Origin: Promethearchaeati archaeon
GTDB taxonomy: Archaea > Asgardarchaeota > Heimdallarchaeia > Heimdallarchaeales > Heimdallarchaeaceae
Length of the DNA stretch: 64,000 nucleotides
Assembly (NCBI GenBank): GCA_013166775.1
Contig: JABLTJ010000004.1
Coordinates: 105,834-169,833 of the forward strand
Reading direction: 5' to 3'
The notes under the pieces are model-generated. The model was not told the DNA's origin, made no database searches, and saw only the letters and a program-made list of their open reading frames with translations. The stretch's first letter is position 1. Each line of letters opens with the position of its first letter. Both the position numbers and the translations under genes were made by a program. Positions 20,475-30,892 of this stretch are shown in pieces.

Positions 20475-23400
20475 TTACGATTTCCTGAATTTAGGTCCAG
20501 TTCTATAAAGAACAACTGACGTAACTACGAAACCAATTGTAACTAAGAATAAAGAAGCAAAAGCACCTATGGTACGGTTTGCATCTGCATTACTGATTTC
20601 ATCTAGGAAATTCACCAGAAGGTATTCATAGAACTTAGAAGTTGCTCTGTGAACATCTTCTCCCCAAAAGAGAGTTCCCATGTTACCTGTTAATCCAGGA
20701 TTAGTTGTGTGCCATGTTCTGTATCTATCACTTTCAGCTAAAATATCAGGATCTATAATCCATTCATCTCTAACAGCGTCATAATAACCATATAACGTTG
20801 CATTAAGAAATGCATAAGCTTCTGAAAATCCTTCCACTCCTGTACAGTACTGTACTCTATCTTCTCTTAGAATAACACTTCCAGTGACAGGCTCTGCTCT
20901 CATATTTTGCATATGGAAAGGATCTCTGGAAAATCCAGGGAGAGAGTGCGTAAGCTCAAAATCACTAGGGCGGAAATCAAGATCATACATTCTATTCCAT
21001 CTTCCTACGTGTATGAAACTAGAGTTCAGAAAGTTGGAAGTTATCATCCAATAAATATCTGTCATTGCTAATTGTCTGAGCGGTACAGTAGCTTGAGCAG
21101 TATAAACTAGAACATCTTGATCATAGAAGATAGCAGTATCTGTCAGAGAAGAATACGCAAATGGTCTAAAGAAGAATTCACTCCATTGTTGTCGTAAACC
21201 TTTTTCAGCATAAGGATAAACAGCAAAATTGTCGTAAGTTTCGTTAAATATTAATTCTGATTCTATAAGTGTCCAATCATTAAATTGAATCTTTGAATCT
21301 TGTCTCCAACACTCAACGAATGCATGCAACTCATCTCGTTCAAGTTCTTCAAAAGTGCCACCAACCCCTAACTCTAAATGGACAAGACCTTCAGAACCAT
21401 CAGCAAGGTAAATATCATCTAGATCAGCAAAAATACCATATGCTGAACCTAAATGGTCAGTTCCATCAAATCTGTGTAGTTCTGTTAGGGTTGCAGGTGC
21501 AGTTGTACTTACAATTGTGAATCCATAATCACCTTGTGTAAGATAAGCTCTTGCTGTACCTTCATCAACATAGAGATTGTTGAAATAAGTCTCTGCTGGA
21601 TCGTAGGAGAATTGATCTAATTCTGTGAGAATACCATCAAAATCAACACTAAAAGTAAGTAATCCTTCTATTTGATCTAAAACATAAACAGTACTACCTT
21701 TAGCTTTGATATCAATAACGTTTTTGAGATTTGGAAAATCAGCTGCATTATAGTGTAACACATCACCTAAATAACCTGTAGCTTGCTCAATTTCTACAAC
21801 ATTGATTCCATCTGTACCTAGTGCTATATATGCATGTCTTCGATTATCGTTAACATCAATTGCAATAGCAGTACCGTTTAATGCTTTGGTCTCTATAGTT
21901 GTACTTATTGCTCCTTCTGAACCAATTGTATCGCTTATTCTAGCATATGTTATTCCATATACACCGTTAGCGATATACAGAGCATCAAATGGAAGACCTT
22001 CTCCCATGGAAGAATAATCTATATCTCGCATGTCAGAGTCGCCAAAATTACTCCATTGATCTACTTCATATATTGAGGCTGGATTTGTTGCATTCAACAC
22101 TTCTAATCCTCTTGCTCCTTCAACAGCATATACATATCCATCAACTACTGCAAAACCTAATATTTGGCCATCAGATCCAAAGGCTTGTTCTGTAGTTGTA
22201 ACATAATCACCATATTGACCAATAGCCATGAACAATGGGTGAGTCATATTAACAATCTTAATATCTGTACCTCCTTCAAGAACATAAGCTAAATCATCTT
22301 CCACAATGACATCTGATGATTGAGAGTTTTCATAGTATGGGATGTTTGCAATCCCCAGAATTTTTCCGACATCTTGAACATCATATGTACCTAATTGCTC
22401 AGCGTAGAAAAGATCTTCAGTCCAATCAATACTATCACTTGTGAGGGTTTGATTTATAATGAATGGGAATCTTCGATTTCCAAGTAAAGGATCCTCAATA
22501 CCTAAGATCCATTCAAGAGCTGTTCTTTTGCATACGTAAGAAATCTTGTTTTCATATAGCCAGTCAACAGAAGGCCTACCTAATAGATATTGCAAATAAG
22601 CAGCAAAAGATTGTGCTAATTCTCTTTCATATACTGTATCTATATCATAAATATCTGCGAGAAGTTGTTCCACATCAACAATTAGATCGTTTGCATCATA
22701 ATCCAATCCTTTCACTAAATCAATGAAGAATTTAGCTGAACCTGACTCTCCTTTTAATATAGAATAATCATGACCATTATATTGTGCATCATACAAGATT
22801 TTATAGCTTGTGGCTTGGTCAAAATCAAGATCTGGGTATGCAGGTCGAACACTTAACCAATTATGAGGTAAATAAATACCCAAATCTAATAATCCTTCTT
22901 CCTCTGCATAGGTTCGATTAAGAACTGCATAGGCTAGTTCACTATCAGAATATACAACAGGATCACCCTTGAAATTTAAGAGTTCTTTCTGAAGAAGGAA
23001 GGCTGCAACATAAGCTTGAAAACCATATTCTGTTCCATTACCAAACTCATTAATATAATAAGGCCACATATAATTAAAATTCAAAACTGCTTCATCACCT
23101 GTTAAGGTTGAGGCTGTTGCGTTGAAAAGATATTGCTTTCTATAGGCATATACTATATAATCTCCTTCTATATCATATTCTAGAATTGTTTTGTTTATTA
23201 TAATATCAAAGATAAGATCACCTTGAACGAAGTAATAAGCAATTGGGTTACCATAATCAAGAAAACCTGCACGATCACTTACATTGAAGAACTCAAAGAA
23301 TGCTTGATCATAGAATAGTGAATCATTTTCCCAGCCACCTGTATACATCCACTCTGAATTCGCTCCTGAATCATCAAAGGGATCAAAATCATCTTCTGTT

Positions 23401-23546
23401 AATTTCCCAAAAATATTTAATCTTTCATTTATGTCCTCAATTTTATTCACAGAGCTTTGTGGGAGAAGAAGTCCGATTGTAACTGCTGAACCCACGAAAA
23501 TAGTTATAATTAATATTCCTAAAGCTGTCCGAAATTCTGCTCGCAT
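20475..23546 (-). CDS. CD36/LIMP-2/SR-BI-like two-TM membrane protein with inserted LVIVD-repeat beta-propeller
   Basis: N- and C-terminal TM helices; CD36-like motifs FFEFFNVS, KRTALEWILGIEDPLL, AEPVTG..REDRVQY and TLFWGE; central LVIVD repeats (GYVYAVEGARGLEVLNATNP, AYIALGTDGINVV, IYLADGSEGLV). Confidence 0.7.
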   Translation of the reverse strand: MRAEFRTALGILIITIFVGSAVTIGLLLPQSSVNKIEDINERLNIFGKLTEDDFDPFDDSGANSEWMYTGGWENDSLFYDQAFFEFFNVSDRAGFLDYGNPIAYYFVQGDLIFDIIINKTILEYDIEGDYIVYAYRKQYLFNATASTLTGDEAVLNFNYMWPYYINEFGNGTEYGFQAYVAAFLLQKELLNFKGDPVVYSDSELAYAVLNRTYAEEEGLLDLGIYLPHNWLSVRPAYPDLDFDQATSYKILYDAQYNGHDYSILKGESGSAKFFIDLVKGLDYDANDLIVDVEQLLADIYDIDTVYERELAQSFAAYLQYLLGRPSVDWLYENKISYVCKRTALEWILGIEDPLLGNRRFPFIINQTLTSDSIDWTEDLFYAEQLGTYDVQDVGKILGIANIPYYENSQSSDVIVEDDLAYVLEGGTDIKIVNMTHPLFMAIGQYGDYVTTTEQAFGSDGQILGFAVVDGYVYAVEGARGLEVLNATNPASIYEVDQWSNFGDSDMRDIDYSSMGEGLPFDALYIANGVYGITYARISDTIGSEGAISTTIETKALNGTAIAIDVNDNRRHAYIALGTDGINVVEIEQATGYLGDVLHYNAADFPNLKNVIDIKAKGSTVYVLDQIEGLLTFSVDFDGILTELDQFSYDPAETYFNNLYVDEGTARAYLTQGDYGFTIVSTTAPATLTELHRFDGTDHLGSAYGIFADLDDIYLADGSEGLVHLELGVGGTFEELERDELHAFVECWRQDSKIQFNDWTLIESELIFNETYDNFAVYPYAEKGLRQQWSEFFFRPFAYSSLTDTAIFYDQDVLVYTAQATVPLRQLAMTDIYWMITSNFLNSSFIHVGRWNRMYDLDFRPSDFELTHSLPGFSRDPFHMQNMRAEPVTGSVILREDRVQYCTGVEGFSEAYAFLNATLYGYYDAVRDEWIIDPDILAESDRYRTWHTTNPGLTGNMGTLFWGEDVHRATSKFYEYLLVNFLDEISNADANRTIGAFASLFLVTIGFVVTSVVLYRTGPKFRKS

Positions 23547-23723
23547 AATGAATCCTCATAAATTTAATTGTTAAAGTGCCGTCTCAACATATATATATAA
23601 AGGTAATGACCACAGCATTACATTACAGACGGTTTAAAGGAAAAAATGATAGAGCAATTATAAATCTATCTCTGTGGTTTTGTGATGGAAAAATAAAGGA
23701 AGAGTTCGAAGATTGTTGGAAAC

Positions 23724-25025
23724 TTATTCTTTTTTATCTTCTTTTAATATTCGTTGAATCTTGTAGGTATCATGAAGCCAAATATCTTCTAATTTTGCTG
23801 TATCAAGATATCCTACAACTTCATTTTCTTCATTTAGCAACTCAATAATTACTTCAGATAGAATTCCATACCTATTCAACACTTGCTTTGGTATCTCTAA
23901 ATACGATAAAATTCCTCTAATAATAGCGCCGTTATTTCTGCGTTTTTGAATCGAAAAAACAACATCAAGATTTGTATATCTTTTTCTTATTTCATGATAA
24001 TCCTCAGCTGAGAGACCCTCAGGTCCAGATTGAATAATAATGTAACCTCGAGTAGGTTTTTCCTTAATATCATAACTTTCTAGAATCCCTTTTTGATCAA
24101 TAATTCCTGATAAGAGAGGATTATTATCATATATATCCAAAGAAAGAAGATTGCACAATCCTTTTGCATTATTGAAAGTTTTTGCAAAACTTCCAAAATC
24201 TGTATGGTAAAATTCAGAAGAATTTTGGGTTCCTATCATGAAATCTACTAATAGATTAGCTTCTCTGTGATACATTTTCTCCTTGAGAATATCAAATGGG
24301 ATATCATTTGGATTGTTCTTTACTATTTTTGATTCATCCACAAGTATGAAGGGTAAGCTTTCAGTAAAATCTTTCTTCATCAAATAGTGAATAAAGGATA
24401 AAACTGAAATAGAATCTCTAATGATCTCATCAGTTTTTTCCACTTCAGCTGAATCTTGTATGAACATAGGGAGAGTCAAAAATAAGACAATTTGGATATC
24501 TTTTTCTTTCAGTATCTCTGAAATTTTGTAAATTGCTCCAAGACTAAAAGCATCATTATCCAAAACAAGGAAGATAAAAGACACGTCTCTGAATATTCTT
24601 TCTATATAACTTGAAATATTCATTTTGTTTGATTCAAACCATTTAATTCCTCTTGAAAATGTTTGTTTATTGATTGGAGTTTCAGGTAGTTCTAGTGTAG
24701 GTATTTTCAAGTTGATCATTTCAGAGTCTGATTTACTGGCTAACAATAATGATTCAGGGAAACTGCTTTTAATTCGGTTCTTTATCACTGTGAGTATGGA
24801 ACATCCCCTCTTCCCTGAGAAAATAAAACCAATTGATTTTGTTTTCTCTTCTCCTTCCAGATAAAGAGTATTTGATTTATCACAACCGATCAAAACAGAA
24901 TCAGTTTGAAGACTGTCACTAATGATGTTTTCATGATAGAATTGATATAGTCCATTATACTTCTTAGGAACATCAATACCCACTTTTTTTCTTCTCCTTC
25001 CTAAAATAGATTTCATTCTAGACAT
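23724..25025 (-). CDS. Degenerate tubulin/FtsZ-superfamily protein (probable pseudo-GTPase)
   Basis: Colinear with 26524..27666 (FSGKRGCSI, LTLP, LVDESK, RGYIII, IRGILS) but the GGGTGS signature is replaced by DNDAFSLG. Confidence 0.65.
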   Translation of the reverse strand: MSRMKSILGRRRKKVGIDVPKKYNGLYQFYHENIISDSLQTDSVLIGCDKSNTLYLEGEEKTKSIGFIFSGKRGCSILTVIKNRIKSSFPESLLLASKSDSEMINLKIPTLELPETPINKQTFSRGIKWFESNKMNISSYIERIFRDVSFIFLVLDNDAFSLGAIYKISEILKEKDIQIVLFLTLPMFIQDSAEVEKTDEIIRDSISVLSFIHYLMKKDFTESLPFILVDESKIVKNNPNDIPFDILKEKMYHREANLLVDFMIGTQNSSEFYHTDFGSFAKTFNNAKGLCNLLSLDIYDNNPLLSGIIDQKGILESYDIKEKPTRGYIIIQSGPEGLSAEDYHEIRKRYTNLDVVFSIQKRRNNGAIIRGILSYLEIPKQVLNRYGILSEVIIELLNEENEVVGYLDTAKLEDIWLHDTYKIQRILKEDKKE

Positions 25026-25147
25026 TGTTTCTTCAAATACAGATAGTCCTCGTTATTTTTAAGACTTTTCGACTAAAGATACATAGGAGTATTTTAATGA
25101 ATCAATACGAAATTGTTAAAAGTAAGCGCACGGTATAGAAACTTGTT

Positions 25148-26521
25148 ATGGAGTCGAATCTCACTAAACCAACAGAGGTCAAAGCTAAGATTATTCAACC
25201 TGACAAAGTTGAACTTCCAAAATTTGAATTTGAAGATATGTTAATTGAGCATTATAAAAAATATCCAAGAACGGCAGGGATGATAGAAAATCCAAGGTAC
25301 TTGGAAGCGTTGCAGAATCCTTTCAAGAAATTCTATCTTGTGCCCTTAGCTCTTTTTAGTTTAAAGATGAATACGATTCTTTCATTAAAGTGGAAGGATT
25401 ATCTTAAATTATGGTTATACATAGTGATTATGTCAATACCTACATTTATAATGATATATTTTCCGTTTGTGGGAAAAACAGATCCCCTTACTGGAAACAG
25501 GGTGGTCGTAGATGTAACTGTATCAATATACACGCCTATCCTTATAGCTGTTCTACTATCGTTATTCTATCTAAAATTCACACATGATGGTTTTCTAGGT
25601 TTAGTTTTGGAAAAAAGAGTGGAGTGGATAGAAGAGCCAGTAAGGAAGTATTATTCCAAATTTTATGATAGAAAAATACCTAAAAATCCCTTGATAATCT
25701 TACTAGCATTAGGAACGGGATTAGCAGTTAATATTCCATTAATATTATCAACTCCGAGTATTTCTCTGTTTCCAGAAAATGTTCCATTATCACAAACATT
25801 TGGAATAATTTCTTGCATATTAAGCCCTATTTGGTTTTACATATTTTATGTTGAAACCTATTACTTAATCCAAAATACAAGGTTATATTCAAAGATTCTT
25901 GATTCAATAAAAGAAAAAATCGAAGTTTATCTTAATGAATACGGCACACTACTAACAAGAGAAAACTATGATATCATATGGGCTTTGGGTGATAAATGGA
26001 GCAAAGGTCGTTCAATAAGGCAAATAGAAAATATACCTGTTTCAGGTATCTTATCTGCCTTGGTAATTACAATTGCTATGATGATGGGAAGCATCAACGC
26101 TATCATATATGGTATTGTAGGCAGGATGCCAGAGATAGGATTTAGTCTAGGAAAATTACTGGATAGCTCTGCACCTTGGACAGTAATTGTGATTGTAATT
26201 TCAGCTTTGCTCGCAATAATTCTGTTTTTAGTAGTCTTCCTACCTTTGAATTCACTTAGAAAGAAGTTAAAGAAATTTAAGATTAAAGCTCTAATAGAAC
26301 TAGATAATTACATTTTCGCGAATGTAGTAGAATTTGAAACTAGATATGCAGAGGAAGCGAGAGAGGAATCAGTAACAATGTTTCAATTGAGAGAATATAT
26401 TGCAGGTATGAGAACATTCCCGATTTCAACAAATAAGATCTTTAGAACCATTGTAGCAATAGTTATTTGGATTGTGAATATTCAAAAAATCTTTAGAGCA
26501 GTCACACAAACAGGGGTATAA
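25148..26521 (+). CDS. multi-pass membrane protein
   Basis: About 6-7 hydrophobic segments; ends 2 bp before the tubulin/FtsZ-like gene. Confidence 0.8.
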   Translation: MESNLTKPTEVKAKIIQPDKVELPKFEFEDMLIEHYKKYPRTAGMIENPRYLEALQNPFKKFYLVPLALFSLKMNTILSLKWKDYLKLWLYIVIMSIPTFIMIYFPFVGKTDPLTGNRVVVDVTVSIYTPILIAVLLSLFYLKFTHDGFLGLVLEKRVEWIEEPVRKYYSKFYDRKIPKNPLIILLALGTGLAVNIPLILSTPSISLFPENVPLSQTFGIISCILSPIWFYIFYVETYYLIQNTRLYSKILDSIKEKIEVYLNEYGTLLTRENYDIIWALGDKWSKGRSIRQIENIPVSGILSALVITIAMMMGSINAIIYGIVGRMPEIGFSLGKLLDSSAPWTVIVIVISALLAIILFLVVFLPLNSLRKKLKKFKIKALIELDNYIFANVVEFETRYAEEAREESVTMFQLREYIAGMRTFPISTNKIFRTIVAIVIWIVNIQKIFRAVTQTGV

Positions 26522-26523
26522 CA

Positions 26524-27666
26524 ATGTCTTGGTTAAAAAGAAAATTATTCAAAAAGAAAATCTCAATCGCAGTAATCGGAATAGGAAATGCGGGTTGTAA
26601 GATAGGTGATGAAATTATTCATCAGCTCAAGGAGAGCAATATCAATGTAAAATCTTTAGCAATTAATTATACAGATAATTTTGAACCAAAAATAAAGCAT
26701 TTTGCTGAAAATTTCTGGTTTGGAAGCCAAGATAATCCTTCTTCTAATAGTAATCTGGAGGATGCATGGAATGAAATACAAAACAAAGAACTTAATCTAA
26801 AGAACAAGCTAGAAGACGTTGTATTTTACAAGAAAGGAGATAGAAAATCTGAAGATGATTTAGCTCTACATCTTATTGTGGGAAGTGGAGGAGGAACAGG
26901 AAGTGCAGGAACAATGATAGCTAGTAATCTAATATTAGATATAACAGGTGACGCTCCTACAATCATCTACATTGTTCCTGAGAAAGATGAAGCTTCACTA
27001 ATTCAGTATAATGCTGCAACCGCACTACATTTTCTAGGGTTCAGCGCAAAGGGTCCTCAATCTCCGATTCTTCTATTTGATAATGAGAAACTAATGAAGA
27101 TTCTCAAAGATGAGAAAATTGATGAGATTCTAAATATCTCCAACAATATTTTAGCTGAAATATTAACTACGACAATATTAGCAGCTTTACAGGAGAGTAT
27201 TCACCAAGAATATAATGCAGATTTGAATGACTTCTTCTCCTCCTTTACTAAAGAAGCAAGAGGATTAGGTGTAATTGTCTCTGTAGATAAGGAATTTGAA
27301 ACTCTAGAGAAGGCTCAAAATGTTCGATTTTCTGATATTTTTTTCAACGAGCTAGATGAAAGTTCAAGTTTATCAGCTGATGTTACTAGAGCAAAAAGAG
27401 GATATTTAACTATAAATATGCCTACCACTTATCAATCAACATTTGAGACTAGGAAGATTGTAAAACGATTTGAGAAAGGATCTATCAAAGTAGCATTAAA
27501 TTCTATTGAAGAACCAGTTCTCACAATAAGAGGAGTTCTTACAGGTATTCATCCAGATTATGTAGATAGATTCTGGGAAATTCTAGAAAAAGGCAGAGAT
27601 GGTCGAAATGAAATTATAACTAAAGAAGAGAAAATTAGACAATCCCATATAGATTTGAAACATTAA
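26524..27666 (+). CDS. tubulin/FtsZ/CetZ-superfamily GTPase
   Basis: T1 IGIGNAGCKI, signature GSGGGTGSAG, IVPEKDE, LFDNEK, T7-like NADLND. Confidence 0.9.
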   Translation: MSWLKRKLFKKKISIAVIGIGNAGCKIGDEIIHQLKESNINVKSLAINYTDNFEPKIKHFAENFWFGSQDNPSSNSNLEDAWNEIQNKELNLKNKLEDVVFYKKGDRKSEDDLALHLIVGSGGGTGSAGTMIASNLILDITGDAPTIIYIVPEKDEASLIQYNAATALHFLGFSAKGPQSPILLFDNEKLMKILKDEKIDEILNISNNILAEILTTTILAALQESIHQEYNADLNDFFSSFTKEARGLGVIVSVDKEFETLEKAQNVRFSDIFFNELDESSSLSADVTRAKRGYLTINMPTTYQSTFETRKIVKRFEKGSIKVALNSIEEPVLTIRGVLTGIHPDYVDRFWEILEKGRDGRNEIITKEEKIRQSHIDLKH

Positions 27667-27762
27667 GAATTGCTTTTCTTCTCAGTATTTTTCTGTTTTT
27701 TACAATTTTCAAAAAAGTGAAAACTTATAAATATAGGCATTTTATCAGCCTAATTATAAACA

Positions 27763-30700
27763 GTGAGTAAAATGACAAAACCTTCTGTTAATATTGAAAG
27801 TAAACTAAAAAGTAGAATTGAGATCACTCGAGTTTTTAATTTAATTCCTTGGGTAAAGCTAAAGCGAAAATTCAAAGGAGATGTTAAGGAAGATAACATT
27901 ACAAGATACCTTTACTCAACTGATGCTAGTATATACAAAGTTAAACCTTTAGCAGTTGTACAACCAAAAGATGTGAAAGATGTTCAAAAAGTTATAAAAT
28001 TCTGTGCTGAGAATAGAATACCTCTTCACGCAAGAGGAGCAGGAAGTGGAGTAGCAGGACAAGCGCTCGGAGCAGGGATAGTTATAGATTTCACTAGATT
28101 TATGAACAAAATATACGAGATAAATCCAGAAGAGGATTATTTCATAGCTGGACCAGGTCTGAAGGGTTCAACTTTGCAAAGAAAGCTTGATGTTTACAAT
28201 AAATATATTCCACCTGATCCAAGCAGTTTTGATTATGCAACGCTAGGAGGAATGATAGCAACCAATGCTTCTGGAGCACATTCTGTTATGCATGGAGATT
28301 TCGATAAGTGGGTAGAGGAGTTAGAAGTAGTTCTTCCTAATGGTGAGATAATTACAATTAAAGAATATGAGATGGAAAGTGACGAATTTAAATCCATACT
28401 CAAAGCCGATACAGCAGAAGCAGCGATTTATAAGAAACTTATTAAAATTTGGAAAGAAAAGAAAGATTTGATTTTTGAATCTTATCCTCATCTTCCACAC
28501 AATAACACTGGATATGAATTGAGAAATACGATAAAAAATGGCAAAATCAATCTAGTAAGAATGATAGCTGGATCGGAAGGGACATTGGGTCTTATAACAA
28601 AATTAAAAATGAGAATAACAACAAAACCAACCTACAAAGTTCTGGCATTAGCTTTGTTCGATGATATTAAAAAAGCAGGAAAATCTATACAATTCATTCT
28701 TGAGCAACAGAAAGCAGCAATTGAGTTGTTAGGCAAGAAACTAATAGGCATGACAAGAGAAAGATATCCTTCAATTGATGCGAAATTGCCTAAAGAATTG
28801 GATACAATGCTGCTTATAGAGTTTGAAGGCGAAGACCTCGACGAACTCAAAACATTAGCTGCTAATACTGAAGAGATTTTGGTAAGAAAAGAAAAACTTG
28901 CTTTCAGTTATCGAGCATCAGATGATCCTAAGGAACAAGAAGAGCTTTGGGAAGCAAGAAAATCAGCAGTACCTTTGTTATATAAGATAAAAGGGGAAAG
29001 AAAAATAATTGCACTCTTTGAAGATGCAGTTGTTCCAACAGATTATTTAGGAGATTATGTGGCCGATTTACAGAAAATCTGTGACGATTTAGAAATCGAA
29101 CTACTGGCTTATGGCCATGCTGGAAAAGGATTGTTACATAATCGACCTCTCATAAATATGAAAGATGCTGAAGATATAAGAAAAATGGAGATATTAGCAG
29201 AGAAGAGCTTTGAATTAGTTCAAAGATATGGAGGAGTAGTAAGCGGAGAACATTCTGATGGAAGAGTAAGAGCTAAATTCATAAGAAGACAATATGGAGA
29301 TGAATTTTTCAATCTCCTGCACGAAGTGCGATCTACTTTTGATCCTTACAGAATTTTCAATCCAGATAACAAAATAACTGATAATGAAAATGTGTTGATG
29401 GAGGATTTTAGATATGGAGCTGATTATTCAACTATCAAACCAGATACTTTGCTAAGCTGGGAAGAAGATGAGTTCAATACAACAATCGAAACATGTTTTG
29501 GATGTGGAAAATGTGGTATTGGTACTACTCATCTAGTTATGTGTCCAGTGTATAAAGGAAAGCATGAAGAGTTTGTTCTTCCAAGAGCTAAGAATAACAT
29601 GATGAGAGGGTATCTTGAAGGAGAATATGGCTATGATGAACTAATGAATCATGAACTCTTCGAACACATAATCTATAATTGCATAGGATGCCAAAATTGT
29701 TCTTTTGAATGTCCAAGTGAAGTCGATACAGGTAAAGTAATGGTTGAAATGAAATCCCAATATATGGATTATCATAGACCAAAAATTTGGAATTTCTTTC
29801 CAAGATCTATCTATCCAAGAGAAGCATATAAGCTATTTAGAAGATCTGCACATCAAACACACCAATATATTAGAAATAAAACACTAGCAAATATTGGATT
29901 CATAGGAAAAATGGCATCGCTTTTTGCGCCTATATCAGGATGGGCAACCAGCTTTATAGGAACGAGATTTGGTATGGATTTAGCAGTTGGAATATCCTAC
30001 AAACGTAAAATGCCTAAGTTCACAAACAAGACTTTTCTCAAGTGGTGGAAAAAACATAAGAAATCAGAAGAATATCTCAAAGAAGGAAAGAGGAAAGTTG
30101 TCTATTACCACGGATGTTCTGCTAATGCTATTACTCCTGATGTTGGTATAGCAACAGTAGAATTGATGGAAAAACTAGATGTCTCTGTTGACGTTTGTGA
30201 CCAGAAATGTTGTGGCAGTCCAGCATTTTCCTATGGAGTGAAAGATGTCTATTCTAAATATGCACAATTTAACGTAGATGAACTATACAAATATGTTCAG
30301 GATGGTTATGACATAATTACAAGTTGTACAAGCTGTGCATTAGCTCTAAAAGTCGAATTCGAAGAAATGATAGATGATTCAAGGACAGAAAAAATAGCAG
30401 AACACACATACTTGACAACAGAATTTGTAAATAAATTAATGGAAGAAGGAGAGGTAGATTTAGAATTCGGAGCAATAAACGCAAATGTCGCTTATCACAC
30501 TTCTTGTCATTTGAGAGCTCAAAGAGATATTACATCTGTATCATATGAACTATTGCAAAAAATCCCTGATTTAGTTACTGAAAAAGTAGTTGATACATGC
30601 TGTGGTATATCAGGAAGCTGGGGAATGAAGAAAGAAAATTATGATGCATCAATGAAAATTGGTGAACCCATGTTTGATACAATTTCAAAAGAAAACATAG

Positions 30701-30810
30701 ATTTTGCCTTAACAGATTGTCCCACTTGTGCCATGCAAATTGAACATGGAACCAAAAAGGACGTTTCCCATCCAGTAATTCTTCTGAACAAGTCTGTTGA
30801 AAAAAAATAA
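27763..30810 (+). CDS. FAD-linked oxidoreductase with Fe-S and CCG domains (GlcD/Dld-GlcF/GlpC-type fusion)
   Basis: YSTDASIY, RGAGSG, PDPSS, GSEGTLG, SGEHSDG; CxxCxxC..CP clusters; two CCG motifs. Confidence 0.9.
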   Translation: MSKMTKPSVNIESKLKSRIEITRVFNLIPWVKLKRKFKGDVKEDNITRYLYSTDASIYKVKPLAVVQPKDVKDVQKVIKFCAENRIPLHARGAGSGVAGQALGAGIVIDFTRFMNKIYEINPEEDYFIAGPGLKGSTLQRKLDVYNKYIPPDPSSFDYATLGGMIATNASGAHSVMHGDFDKWVEELEVVLPNGEIITIKEYEMESDEFKSILKADTAEAAIYKKLIKIWKEKKDLIFESYPHLPHNNTGYELRNTIKNGKINLVRMIAGSEGTLGLITKLKMRITTKPTYKVLALALFDDIKKAGKSIQFILEQQKAAIELLGKKLIGMTRERYPSIDAKLPKELDTMLLIEFEGEDLDELKTLAANTEEILVRKEKLAFSYRASDDPKEQEELWEARKSAVPLLYKIKGERKIIALFEDAVVPTDYLGDYVADLQKICDDLEIELLAYGHAGKGLLHNRPLINMKDAEDIRKMEILAEKSFELVQRYGGVVSGEHSDGRVRAKFIRRQYGDEFFNLLHEVRSTFDPYRIFNPDNKITDNENVLMEDFRYGADYSTIKPDTLLSWEEDEFNTTIETCFGCGKCGIGTTHLVMCPVYKGKHEEFVLPRAKNNMMRGYLEGEYGYDELMNHELFEHIIYNCIGCQNCSFECPSEVDTGKVMVEMKSQYMDYHRPKIWNFFPRSIYPREAYKLFRRSAHQTHQYIRNKTLANIGFIGKMASLFAPISGWATSFIGTRFGMDLAVGISYKRKMPKFTNKTFLKWWKKHKKSEEYLKEGKRKVVYYHGCSANAITPDVGIATVELMEKLDVSVDVCDQKCCGSPAFSYGVKDVYSKYAQFNVDELYKYVQDGYDIITSCTSCALALKVEFEEMIDDSRTEKIAEHTYLTTEFVNKLMEEGEVDLEFGAINANVAYHTSCHLRAQRDITSVSYELLQKIPDLVTEKVVDTCCGISGSWGMKKENYDASMKIGEPMFDTISKENIDFALTDCPTCAMQIEHGTKKDVSHPVILLNKSVEKK

Positions 30811-30892
30811 AAAAGAAAGCTAATAATTAGCTTTCCAATTTTTCATTTTTCATAAGAAGACAAATAATATAAAGTTATGATGTAACAGCTTC

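Noticed and set aside
26524-27666. Naming this gene ftsZ, cetZ or a true tubulin
   Set aside because: It lacks the FtsZ GAG(A/G)xP loop and C-terminal tail and the tubulin-specific insertions; subfamily needs a phylogeny.
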